A stretch of 32,000 nucleotides of DNA from Halopiger xanaduensis SH-6 (lineage in GTDB: Archaea > Halobacteriota > Halobacteria > Halobacteriales > Natrialbaceae): the NCBI RefSeq assembly GCF_000217715.1, contig NC_015666.1, positions 290,270 through 322,269 of the forward strand, given 5' to 3'. The translations under genes and the position numbers were made by a program. The notes beneath the pieces are model-generated. The model ran no database searches. It was not told where the DNA came from and was given only the letters and a program-made list of their open reading frames with translations. The first letter of the stretch is position 1; every line of letters begins with the position of its first letter. Below, piece by piece: positions 9,210 through 18,002 of the stretch.

Positions 9210-11402
9210 ATGCAAGCAAGCAAATCCCTTCCAGACGCCGCGAAAAGCACCATCCGAAGCAAGTTCGACCGCGCCGAGTCGTCAGATCCGATCATCCTCT
9301 GGTGGGACGACGGGAACTATCTCGAGGACATCATCGAGCAGGCCTGTAACGAACTCGGCGTTGAGCTGAAAGTCGCCGACGAAACCCCGCTGGAACTCCG
9401 TGCCAATCCGGTCGACGGTGAACAGGTCTGGTACGTCCCACACGTCAAAGATCCCGAAGACGCCGAGGGGGAGTACGACTGGTTCCGCGACGTTGAGCAC
9501 ACGGGCGGCGAGGTGGAGATGAGCATCGAAGACCTCACCGTCCACGCGTTCGAGCGCGGACAACTCGATGCGTGGGAGCTGAAAACCGCGACGCAGGCGG
9601 ACGACCCCGCGAAGCGTCGCGAGATCGCGCGGATTCTCCACGACCAGCTCACCGGTGGGCAGCTCCCGACGCTCGAACAGCTCCGCACGCAGATCGTCAC
9701 CGGCGGCTACACCGACCCGGTCGCGTTCGTGCTGGAGAACGGCTGGGGCGACATCGACGACAGCCCCGACACTATCGAGCAGATGCAGGACTTGCTCACC
9801 AGCGAGGGCGTCGACGCGGTCGCCAGCGAGGACGAACCCGTGGGGATCGTCGCGGCGACGCGTCGGTGGGCAGTCGCCGAGTGGCTGATCCACGCCGGCG
9901 CCGACGCCGAACGCTTCCCGAGGGAGTTCCGCGCCGAGACGGCCGGCGACCACGACCTCCCCGAGCTCAAGTCGCTTCTAAACAACACCACCTCGGCCAG
10001 CCTCCTCGCCGACCGCTACCTCGGCGAGGCGATCTGGCCCGAGGTCGTCGCGGACGTCGACGACCCGTGGGAACTCGCGGACTGTATCGTCGACGCCGCG
10101 CTCGAGCGTCGCCTCTGGGAGGAGTGGCACGCGTCCTTCGACGCCGGCGACTACGAGACGTGTCTCGAGCGCGCCGAGGAGCGGTACGACGCCCTCCTTG
10201 GCAGCGAAGACTTCCGTGGCACCTACCGAGGAGCCTACGGCCCGGACAGCCCGTGGACGCAGACTTGGGAACAGGCCGCGGAGATCGCTCGGCTCGCGCA
10301 CCAGCTCGAGACGTGGGACGAGAGCGCGCCTGACGACGTCGTCTCGCTGTACGCCGACCCCGACGACGGCACGTGGCAGATCGACAACGCGGTGCTCAAC
10401 CTCGTTGTCGCCGGCGAGCCCGAGTCCGATCTCCCAGACGATCATCCCGCGACCGCCGCGCTCGACGACCTCCGCACCCAACTCCAGTCGGAATACGTCG
10501 AGTACCTCGAAGACCTCGGCGACCTCGTCACGGAGACCGTCGAAGCTGGCGCTCCGTTCGTCGAGGAGGATCACTCCTACCAGTTCTTCACGAAGGAGTC
10601 CGACGGTCTCGAAAGCGGCCAGACGGTCGCGCTGTTCGTCATCGACGCCCTTCGACTCGATCTCGCTCGCCGGCTCGCGGACGAGTTGCGCGACTACGTG
10701 GCGACACTCCCGGCCGACGCCCCCGAGTTTGCCATCGACGAAGACGTCTGGCTCGGAACGCTTCCTTCGGAGACTGAGTTCGGGAAGGCTGCGCTCACGC
10801 CGGGGGAGATCCAGATGTTCGACGTCTCGCTGGTCGACGGCGAGTTACAGCCGCTTCGAAACAACCGTCGGGTGACGACCAACCGCCGCGAGTCGCTGTT
10901 GGGCGGCGACGGCTGGACGGTCACTCGCGAGGAGGACGACGGCTGGCAGTCGACGCGTGTCGCCTACTTCAAGAACGACATCGACGACATCGGCGAGAAG
11001 GAACTCAGCGACCTCGAGGCGATGCTGGCCCGACGCGTCGACTCGCTCGCGGAGTTCATCGGCACGAAACTCGAACAGGGCGAGTGGGATCAGGCCTACG
11101 TGCTGACCGACCACGGGTTCGTCCTGCTCCCGGACAACGCGTCGCCGGAGAAAATTTCGCGCCCGGCGGAAGCATCTGACTCCGGGCGCCGATGGATCGC
11201 TGGGGAAAATGTGGACGAGGATTCGCCCGGCGTGTTGCTCGACTCCAGCTCACGACTGGGCTATCTCGATGCCAACGTCAGCGTCCTTGCCAGCCCACTC
11301 AAGCGGTTCAGAAAGCAGGGGCTCGGTGACGCTCGGTTCTACCACGGCGGACTGCTCCCACAGGAGTTCGTGCTTGACTTCATCAGCATCACGCAGGGCT
11401 AA
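9210..11402 (+). CDS. pglZ: PglZ-domain protein (alkaline-phosphatase superfamily, BREX component), 730 aa
   Basis: N-terminal block IILWWDDGNYLEDI. PglZ core VALFVIDALRLDLARRLADEL, and later AYVLTDHGFVLL (DHG metal-site-like motif). Same strand as pglX and the downstream helicase. Confidence 0.8.
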   Translation: MQASKSLPDAAKSTIRSKFDRAESSDPIILWWDDGNYLEDIIEQACNELGVELKVADETPLELRANPVDGEQVWYVPHVKDPEDAEGEYDWFRDVEHTGGEVEMSIEDLTVHAFERGQLDAWELKTATQADDPAKRREIARILHDQLTGGQLPTLEQLRTQIVTGGYTDPVAFVLENGWGDIDDSPDTIEQMQDLLTSEGVDAVASEDEPVGIVAATRRWAVAEWLIHAGADAERFPREFRAETAGDHDLPELKSLLNNTTSASLLADRYLGEAIWPEVVADVDDPWELADCIVDAALERRLWEEWHASFDAGDYETCLERAEERYDALLGSEDFRGTYRGAYGPDSPWTQTWEQAAEIARLAHQLETWDESAPDDVVSLYADPDDGTWQIDNAVLNLVVAGEPESDLPDDHPATAALDDLRTQLQSEYVEYLEDLGDLVTETVEAGAPFVEEDHSYQFFTKESDGLESGQTVALFVIDALRLDLARRLADELRDYVATLPADAPEFAIDEDVWLGTLPSETEFGKAALTPGEIQMFDVSLVDGELQPLRNNRRVTTNRRESLLGGDGWTVTREEDDGWQSTRVAYFKNDIDDIGEKELSDLEAMLARRVDSLAEFIGTKLEQGEWDQAYVLTDHGFVLLPDNASPEKISRPAEASDSGRRWIAGENVDEDSPGVLLDSSSRLGYLDANVSVLASPLKRFRKQGLGDARFYHGGLLPQEFVLDFISITQG

Positions 11403-11421
11403 CCTCTCGAACTTCGCATCT

Positions 11422-12699
11422 ATGTCATCACAGGAAATAGAAGAAGCGACCACCGCAATTCGGAGTCACATCGTCGACTTTCTGACGACGCTCGATGATC
11501 AGATGGACGAGCCACGGCTCAGTGAGATCGTCGAGGCAGACGGCACACTTCAGAGCAAGAATCTTGGCCAAACACCGGAGCGGTGTGTCGAAGATGCTCT
11601 CATCTGGCCGATTCTGGAGACGCTCGGCTACGAGTACACACCACGACCGTACTATCCCGTCGGTGACAGCGATGAACAGCCGGATTTCCGAATCGACAAT
11701 CTCTCTGAAACGGTTATCGGGGAGAACAAATCGGTCAACAACTTCGAAACCGCGCAGGGTGACATTGAGGGCTACCTCGACTCACGCCGATACGAGTACG
11801 GGATCTCGAGTGACGGATTCCGTTGGGGAATGTACGCCGTTGAAACGGATGAACGCGGTCAAGCAGACCTCGTCACCGTCGTCGAAGACCAGAACATCGC
11901 ACCAGCGGTACGACGGATTGCCCGCAATCAAGGATTAGTCAGCTACACCGAAGAGTTGCAGGAAAACAGTACCGTCAAAGGAGTGTTGGGAGACTTCTAC
12001 CAGACATTCAATCACTACGGTATCCGGCGAGCTATCGGTGGACTAACCGAGTTTTACGACCTCTACTTGGAGGTGACTACCGGCGGTGGTGAATACCAGC
12101 ATCTGGACTCGACTCTCGTGGACGCAATCGAGGAGCCGGCAGACGCCTCAAAGTCGGAGAAACTGGCCTTCGCGGCACTACTCGTTGATCGACTCGCCTT
12201 TGTGAAACTGCTGGCAGATCGCGGTATCCTCGACCGCGTCGCGCTCCACGCCCAGTGGAGTGAGCATAATCAGGGGCTCAATCGGTTCCGTGGAAGCTTC
12301 TACTCTCAATACCTCCAGCCGTTGTTCTACGATGCGCTTTCGACTCCAAAACAGCAGCGCGACGACGAACTTCCAGAGATGTTCAGCGACGTACCGTACC
12401 TCGGCGGAGGATTGTTCGAGTCGATACTGCCGGCCGAACGTGCCTTCGATGTCCCAGATTCGGTAATGAAGCCAGTTCTCACGCAATTCATCGAGAACGA
12501 AGAACGGACGTTGGTCAATGAAGCCGCCGCGGGTTCCATTCTGGAGACGTACACGGAGGAGTTTGAGAGTCGGGAGCTGGCTGGACAGATACCACAGTAC
12601 TACGCCGACATTGTAGATGCCTACGGTGCAGAGATCGAGTACGTTGAGTCGGAGATCGAACGTACCCTACGGTCGTTCGTCGCAACGGAGGCTCGATAA
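11422..12699 (+). CDS. PD-(D/E)xK nuclease-like (HSDR_N-type) domain plus the helical GGLF domain of type IIG/ISP restriction enzymes, without a methyltransferase domain, 425 aa
   Basis: ATG at 11422, 19 nt after the pglZ stop. I discarded the longer 11209 start, which overlaps pglZ with an S/R/C-rich extension. Motifs: E57 (CVEDALIWPILETLGY), D88 (QPDFRI, nt 11683-11685), E101-x-K103 (VIGENK, nt 11722-11730), then QGDIEGY...YGISSDGFRWGMY. Helical-spacer signatures RLAFVKLLADRGIL and VPYLGGGLFES. No FxGxG or NPPY motif. Confidence 0.6.
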   Translation: MSSQEIEEATTAIRSHIVDFLTTLDDQMDEPRLSEIVEADGTLQSKNLGQTPERCVEDALIWPILETLGYEYTPRPYYPVGDSDEQPDFRIDNLSETVIGENKSVNNFETAQGDIEGYLDSRRYEYGISSDGFRWGMYAVETDERGQADLVTVVEDQNIAPAVRRIARNQGLVSYTEELQENSTVKGVLGDFYQTFNHYGIRRAIGGLTEFYDLYLEVTTGGGEYQHLDSTLVDAIEEPADASKSEKLAFAALLVDRLAFVKLLADRGILDRVALHAQWSEHNQGLNRFRGSFYSQYLQPLFYDALSTPKQQRDDELPEMFSDVPYLGGGLFESILPAERAFDVPDSVMKPVLTQFIENEERTLVNEAAAGSILETYTEEFESRELAGQIPQYYADIVDAYGAEIEYVESEIERTLRSFVATEAR

Positions 12700-12754
12700 T
12701 GCGCGGACTGGCAATCTTGAAGACAGCGTGCGGTCTTGACACACACATCACTCG

Positions 12755-15673
12755 ATGACGAACTCTACCCAGTTCTCTCCGGGGCAGCGGGTAATTCTCA
12801 ACGGAGCGCCGGCTGAAGTCATCAAAACCCAAACGGTCGGAGAGATCGAGTACCTAAGAGCATACATCGACGGCGAGGGCGCCAAGACGGTCTGTCTCGA
12901 CGATGTCGAGATTCAACCGCATCGATCCGGAATCGAGGAACTGTCCAACCAGCAAATCGATGACTTTCACCCGGATCATGACGCTGTGTCCGCGCAGTGG
13001 TTCGACCTCCACACGCAGGCGACGAAACTCAAGCTCGCCCACGAGCAGGGGCAGCTCCTGAGCATTTCGAACTCGCTCGTTCGACTGGAGCCCTACCAGC
13101 TCGACGCCGTGAACTGGGTGATGCAGAAACTCCGGCAGCGAGCGCTCATCGGCGACGACGTCGGGCTCGGGAAAACGATAGAGGCGGGGCTCATCCTCAA
13201 GGAACTCGCTGCCCGGAATCGCGCCGACCGCGTCCTGTTCGTCGTTCCCGCTCACCTCCAGAAGAAGTGGATCCGGGATATGGATCGCTTCTTCGACGTC
13301 GACCTCACCGTTGCAGACCGGGCATGGGTCGAAGGTGAGCGACGACGGCTCGGCGAGGAGGCCAACATCTGGAATCAAGACCAGCAACAGCTCGTCACCA
13401 GCATGGCGTTCCTGCGACAGGACGAGTTCCGGCCTGCACTCCGGGACGCGTTCTGGGACGTCGTCGTGGTCGACGAGGCACACAAGGCCGCAAAGCGTGG
13501 AGACTCGCCGAGCAAGACGGCAAACATGGTCGATACCGTCACGGGGAACTCCGACTCGCTGCTGCTTCTCAGCGCGACGCCGCACGACGGGAAAGGCGAG
13601 GCGTTCCGCTCACTCGTCGAGTACATCGACCCGTTCCTTGTCGCCGAGAACCGGGAACTCTCACAGGAGACAGTCGACCGCGTAATGATCCGGCGCGGAA
13701 AAACTGACATCTACGACGAGGATGGTGAACGCGTCTTCCCAGACCGGGAGGTCAACTCGGTATCCGTCTCGATGACGCACGACGAGCGGCAGTTCTACCG
13801 CGCGGTCACCGATTACGTCAAAAACGTCTACAACCGCTCGGAGAAGCTGAACGAACCTGCGGTCGGGTTCGCGATGGCGCTCATGCAGAAACGGCTGGTG
13901 AGCAGCGTCGGCGCGATTCACGCGACGCTCCGCCGACGACTGGATGACCTCCTCGACGAGGAGGCGGAAACGGACGGGCTCTCTGAGGAAGCACGAGCCT
14001 ATCTCGACGGCGAGGATCTGGACGAGGACGACAAGCAACACGCGGAAGACGAGATTGCTGGCCTGACCGTCACCAGCACCGACGAACAGCTCCAAGAGGA
14101 GATCGATACGCTCCGCGATCTCGTCTCGCTGGCCGAGGATTTGCCGGTCGACTCTAAGGCCCAGAAGGTCAGACGGTTCATCTCCCAACTCCTCGAGGAA
14201 CAACCGGACGAGAAACTCCTGTTGTTCACGGAGTACCGCGATACGCTCGACTACCTACTCGAGTACGTGCAGGACGAGCCGTGGGCGGACGAGATTCTCG
14301 TGATTCACGGTGACGTGGACAAGGAAGAGCGGGCGCGGATCGAAGACGAGTTCAACCACGGCCAGCCGCGGCTCCTGTTCGCGACTGACGCAGCGAGCGA
14401 GGGGATCGACCTCCAGCACAGCTGCCACATCATGGCCAACTACGAGCTTCCGTGGAACCCGAACCGCCTCGAACAGCGGATCGGCCGCATCCATCGCTAC
14501 GGACAGGAGGAGGAGGTCAAGGTCTGGAACTTCCTCTTCGACGACACCCGCGAGAGCGAGATCTTCGAGATGCTCCAAACCAAGGTCGAGGAGATCCGCT
14601 CCCAGCTCGGAAACACGGCGGACGTGCTCGGCATCCTCGACGACATCGACGTGGACTCGCTCATCATGGAGTCCATCGAGAACGACGAACCGCCGAGTGC
14701 GACCAAAGAGGAACTCGAGGAGATGATCGAGGAGCGTCAGCGGACGCTCGAGGAGTGGTACGAGCGGAGCCTCGTCGATACGAGCACGTTCGACGCGGAG
14801 AGCCGTCGGCAGATTCAGGAGGTCGTCGACGAGTCAGAGGACGTCTACGGAAGCGAGGGAGACATTCGCGAGTTCTTCGAGCGAGCAGTCGAAGCCTTCG
14901 GAGGCGAATTCGAGAAGCGCGGCACCAACCTCTATCAAGCCGAACTACCGGACGGGATCAATTCACCCGGCCAAGACGCGACGTTCGGCCCGTTCACGTT
15001 CGATCGCGACTTCGCGATGGATCACGAGGACATCACCTACCTCGCTCCCGATACGGACGTCCTGCAACGACTCATGGCACGCGTGTTGGAGGACGAGCGT
15101 GGAGAGGTCGGACTCAAACTGCTTCCGTTCGTCGACACTCCGGGGATCACCTACAACTATCGCGTGGCGTTCGAGGACGGCACCGGCGACGTGATTCGCG
15201 AGGAGACCATCCCCGTCTTCGTGGATGCTGCGCAAGAGGATGCTCAGCAGGCGCTTGGTGAACGTGTCGTCGAGGGCGACTCGGTAGCAGCAAAGCCCGA
15301 CGTCGACGACCTTCGGACGGTTCTCGACGCTCAATCCGACTTACGGACGGCTGCCGATCGATACGTGAGCGTGCGGGTTAACGAGATCAAGAACCATCTT
15401 CAGGAGAAGCGTCACGAGGAGACCGCTCGAGAGCTGGAGAATCTCGAGGAATACGCACAGGCAGAACGAGAACGGATCGAGTCCTTCATCGAGGAGTACG
15501 AGCGCAAAGCCGACGCCGGCTCGGATATGGACATCGCGATCCGTGGTCAACAGGAGCGGCTCGAACAGCTTGAGGACAGAATCGAAAAGCGTCGCGAAGA
15601 ACTCCGGCGTCGAGAGCAGATTATCTCCCTTGCGCCCGAGGTCGAGAACTACTGTCTCACGCTACCTCTTTAG
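12755..15673 (+). CDS. SNF2-family DEAH-box helicase/translocase (BrxHII-like), 972 aa
   Basis: Motif I DDVGLGKTIEAG, motif II VVVDEAHKA, motif III LLLSATPHDG. Helicase-C block LLFATDAASEGIDLQ...NYELPWNPNRLEQRIGRIHRYGQ. N-terminal FSPGQRVILNG...EVIKT is Tudor/SH3-like as in RapA-type SNF2 proteins. The C-terminal ~330 aa are unassigned and end in a coiled coil. Confidence 0.85.
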   Translation: MTNSTQFSPGQRVILNGAPAEVIKTQTVGEIEYLRAYIDGEGAKTVCLDDVEIQPHRSGIEELSNQQIDDFHPDHDAVSAQWFDLHTQATKLKLAHEQGQLLSISNSLVRLEPYQLDAVNWVMQKLRQRALIGDDVGLGKTIEAGLILKELAARNRADRVLFVVPAHLQKKWIRDMDRFFDVDLTVADRAWVEGERRRLGEEANIWNQDQQQLVTSMAFLRQDEFRPALRDAFWDVVVVDEAHKAAKRGDSPSKTANMVDTVTGNSDSLLLLSATPHDGKGEAFRSLVEYIDPFLVAENRELSQETVDRVMIRRGKTDIYDEDGERVFPDREVNSVSVSMTHDERQFYRAVTDYVKNVYNRSEKLNEPAVGFAMALMQKRLVSSVGAIHATLRRRLDDLLDEEAETDGLSEEARAYLDGEDLDEDDKQHAEDEIAGLTVTSTDEQLQEEIDTLRDLVSLAEDLPVDSKAQKVRRFISQLLEEQPDEKLLLFTEYRDTLDYLLEYVQDEPWADEILVIHGDVDKEERARIEDEFNHGQPRLLFATDAASEGIDLQHSCHIMANYELPWNPNRLEQRIGRIHRYGQEEEVKVWNFLFDDTRESEIFEMLQTKVEEIRSQLGNTADVLGILDDIDVDSLIMESIENDEPPSATKEELEEMIEERQRTLEEWYERSLVDTSTFDAESRRQIQEVVDESEDVYGSEGDIREFFERAVEAFGGEFEKRGTNLYQAELPDGINSPGQDATFGPFTFDRDFAMDHEDITYLAPDTDVLQRLMARVLEDERGEVGLKLLPFVDTPGITYNYRVAFEDGTGDVIREETIPVFVDAAQEDAQQALGERVVEGDSVAAKPDVDDLRTVLDAQSDLRTAADRYVSVRVNEIKNHLQEKRHEETARELENLEEYAQAERERIESFIEEYERKADAGSDMDIAIRGQQERLEQLEDRIEKRREELRRREQIISLAPEVENYCLTLPL

Positions 15674-16006
15674 TGAAGAGGAAAGGCAGAAGCGTTAGTG
15701 GATACTTCTGAGAGAAGCGAAGTAACACTTCGTGGAAAATCAACCACGAGGTCGCTCAGCTGGCGAGACTCAACAAGAGATCTTTCAGTCGTTTCTGCGC
15801 GCTTCATGCTCAACGCGGCAGATGTTGACCGGGTTGGCACCCTCCTCGAGTTGAGTGTGCTACTCGCGGTGCCAGAGGCAGAACAACCGGACGACGTCTC
15901 GGTCTCCATCGAAATCGATGCGGCTGGAGACTAATTCGGGTTCTCTACGTGACGCTGCGTTCTGTCGTTTCGGTGCTGTTCGGACACACTGCAGTGGGAA
16001 GACTCA

Positions 16007-17047
16007 TTGCCCCTTCGAGGTTCTCCAGAGAGAGTGGGAAAGATAGAGACAACGGACATCACGGTACGAGTGTTGGGGCCGCCCAAATTTGACCGACACG
16101 GCAACCACGAGGTTCCCGTTGAAGACGCCGACGGACGAGTTTCCGATCTCAGGGTGTGGAGTAAGCACCACGGACAAGTCGAGTGGCGGGTCGGCTCGAT
16201 GTACGATTTAGTAGAGGTCAAGCGGAATCCCGTCGAGGCCAACAAGGCCCAGTACGAGACCGCTGCGAATACACAGATTTCGAGAGTAGGACATCCACAG
16301 GATCCGGAAGTGAGCCTTCTCCACGTGAGCGATACCCATCTCGGTCGTCCTCTGACCGACAAGGAACACATGGGGAACGCGAATCAGCTGGAGCGATTTC
16401 TCGATGCGGTCAATCTCGCGGTCAAATCTCGAGTGGATGCGATCATCCACACTGGCGACATCTTCGACGACGATGTCGATGAAGCGACCGTGCAGACCGT
16501 CGAAGAACATGTCGAGTTGTTGGCCGACGCCGGTATTCCGATCTACTACGTTCGAGGCAATCACGGGTGCGACCGAGGGGACGCGTTTCTTCAATCACAG
16601 ACCGAGGCAGGACGAATGATACATCTCTCAAGTGAGCCTCAGTTGCTCGGTAAGGGAACTCTCGCCCTCTACGGGATGGATGCCGATGCATCTGTGAACG
16701 GACTCTCAGAAGTAGCTCCTGTCGGTGACGCACCACAGGACGCGTACCGGCTGTTGGCGTGGCACGAGGCCGTCGAGCCCATCGCCAGAGATGGAATCTC
16801 AATTGGGGAGCTGGTGGACGCCAGCGAAGTCGAACTGGATGCTCTCGCCCTCGGCGACCTGCACAAGCACAAGCGAGCCTACATCGGTGATGTCTACAAG
16901 GACAGCGGGAAACGGTTTCGTGCGTTCTACGCCGGCGCGACGACGGGCATCGCGCGGAACTCAGAAGGGTACGAACCAGCTGCGTGGCTGCTACAGATAA
17001 CTAACGGTACGCTTGAGCGACATCGACTACCCCTTCGACCTCGGTAG
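16007..17047 (+). CDS. Fusion of an OB-fold-like N-domain with an Mre11/SbcD-type calcineurin-like metallophosphoesterase, 346 aa
   Basis: Phosphoesterase motifs in order: LLHVSDTHLG (DxH), IHTGDIFD (GD), YYVRGNHG (GNH), LLAWHEAV (H), ALGDLHKH (GDxH). The first ~100 aa (ITVRVLGPP...VEDADGRVSDLRVWS...GSMYDLVEVK) follow an OB-fold strand pattern. Start uncertain: TTG at 16007 or GTG at 16034. Confidence 0.75.
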   Translation: MPLRGSPERVGKIETTDITVRVLGPPKFDRHGNHEVPVEDADGRVSDLRVWSKHHGQVEWRVGSMYDLVEVKRNPVEANKAQYETAANTQISRVGHPQDPEVSLLHVSDTHLGRPLTDKEHMGNANQLERFLDAVNLAVKSRVDAIIHTGDIFDDDVDEATVQTVEEHVELLADAGIPIYYVRGNHGCDRGDAFLQSQTEAGRMIHLSSEPQLLGKGTLALYGMDADASVNGLSEVAPVGDAPQDAYRLLAWHEAVEPIARDGISIGELVDASEVELDALALGDLHKHKRAYIGDVYKDSGKRFRAFYAGATTGIARNSEGYEPAAWLLQITNGTLERHRLPLRPR

Positions 17048-17181
17048 TGGCCTTCCTCCACGAGAGCCACACGAATCTATTCGAACTACGGACTGAGCAG
17101 AGGCGTCGAGCAAATATCTGCTGAAAGTGGGTACTTCTCCCGGGCCGGCATACAAGTAGGAGCAGTGGCGCCAGATCTAGT

Positions 17182-17820
17182 ATGGCCGCACACGAGGGGT
17201 GTAAGGTCGAACGCGTCACCGAGAGGTACGACCTGCACGAAGCCGATGAGCGCCTGCTTCGCCGCCGAGAAAACGAAGACGCCAGTCTCCGAGAACTCGA
17301 AACCCATCTGAACAGGCGGCTGCTCAAGAGAGAGATGTTCGAACAGGGGATGAGTCCCCTTGATGGCGAGGTCGAGAACTACTATCGGCTCCTCACGGAT
17401 GACACGGTGATGACTACTGCGCGTCGAGAGGCACGCCGAAAGCTCGAGGAGGCGGGAATCGACGTGGACGGAGTTAAGGCCGATTTCGTCTCGTACCAGA
17501 CTGTCCGTAAACACCTCAACGAGTGTCTCGACAAGGACACTAGTGAAGAATACACGCCGAAGCCAGACAACGACCGCAGAAACATCGAGAAGATTCAGCA
17601 GCGACTCCAGAAGGTCGTGGAAAAATCAGTCAGGCGCCTGACGGAGCACGACGTCATTCAGATCGGTTCGCCTGAAGCCACCGTCTCGGTGAAAGTCACT
17701 TGTGGCGATTGCGGACGTACCTACGGGATTACCACGCTATTTCGACGCCGCGAGTGTCCGTGTGTTGCCAACGAGAGTGATGCGGCTGCCTCGGAACAGA
17801 AGGCTACTAACTTGAACTAG
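17182..17820 (+). CDS. rdfA: RdfA-like protein (haloarchaeal rod-determining-factor-A family) with a C-terminal Cys cluster, 212 aa
   Basis: CKVERVTERYDL...SLRELETHLNRRLL...GMSPLDGEVENYYRLLTDD...ARRKLEEAGIDVDGVKADFVSYQTVRKHL, followed by VTCGDCGRTYG...RRECPC. This matches the conserved layout I recall for proteins annotated RdfA. Family call is from memory, not a search. Confidence 0.55.
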   Translation: MAAHEGCKVERVTERYDLHEADERLLRRRENEDASLRELETHLNRRLLKREMFEQGMSPLDGEVENYYRLLTDDTVMTTARREARRKLEEAGIDVDGVKADFVSYQTVRKHLNECLDKDTSEEYTPKPDNDRRNIEKIQQRLQKVVEKSVRRLTEHDVIQIGSPEATVSVKVTCGDCGRTYGITTLFRRRECPCVANESDAAASEQKATNLN

Positions 17821-18002
17821 CTAGCTATAGTAGGTACCTGCTGCACGTTCTTTCACCTAAGACGCTTCATGACCTGTTGGTTTCCAGTATCAGTACGCCA
17901 AAGAATGATTTGTGGTTCAAATGGAGATGAAGCGGGACAAGTTGTAGCGTGTTCCCTCGAATCCCCCGCGAAACCCCAAGTATCAAGTTAGTGAAATAAT
18001 AA

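Noticed and set aside
9282-11253. Many 60-250 aa ORFs overlapping pglZ on both strands (for example 9572-10333, 10198-10875, 10373-10777, 9978-10574)
   Set aside because: They are Arg/Pro/Ser/Gly-rich translations, typical of off-frame reading of very high-G+C coding DNA. They lie wholly inside a long ORF with PglZ motifs, and none has a recognisable motif or acidic halophile composition.
11209-11421. Upstream extension of the 425-aa gene to the 11209 start given in the ORF track (496 aa)
   Set aside because: The extra 71 residues overlap the 3' end of pglZ and are S/R/C-rich (MWTRIRPACCSTPAHDW...). The ATG at 11422, 19 nt after the pglZ stop, begins the acidic, well-formed sequence.
15674-16006. 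ORFs in the 333-bp gap between the SNF2 helicase and the phosphoesterase: 15698-15934 (+), 15670-15909 (-), 15855-16046 (+)
   Set aside because: The compositions are S/T/R-rich and unconvincing, and the ORFs overlap one another. Only the distal 42 codons of the plus-strand ORF (MLNAADVDRVGTLLELS...) look halophile-like. A micro-protein cannot be excluded but is not supportable from sequence alone.
17954-17967. tRNA-like T-arm fragment CCCTCGAATCCCCC (possible att-site remnant)
   Set aside because: The flanking bases do not pair into a T-stem, and no acceptor or anticodon arms can be built. No integrase is nearby.
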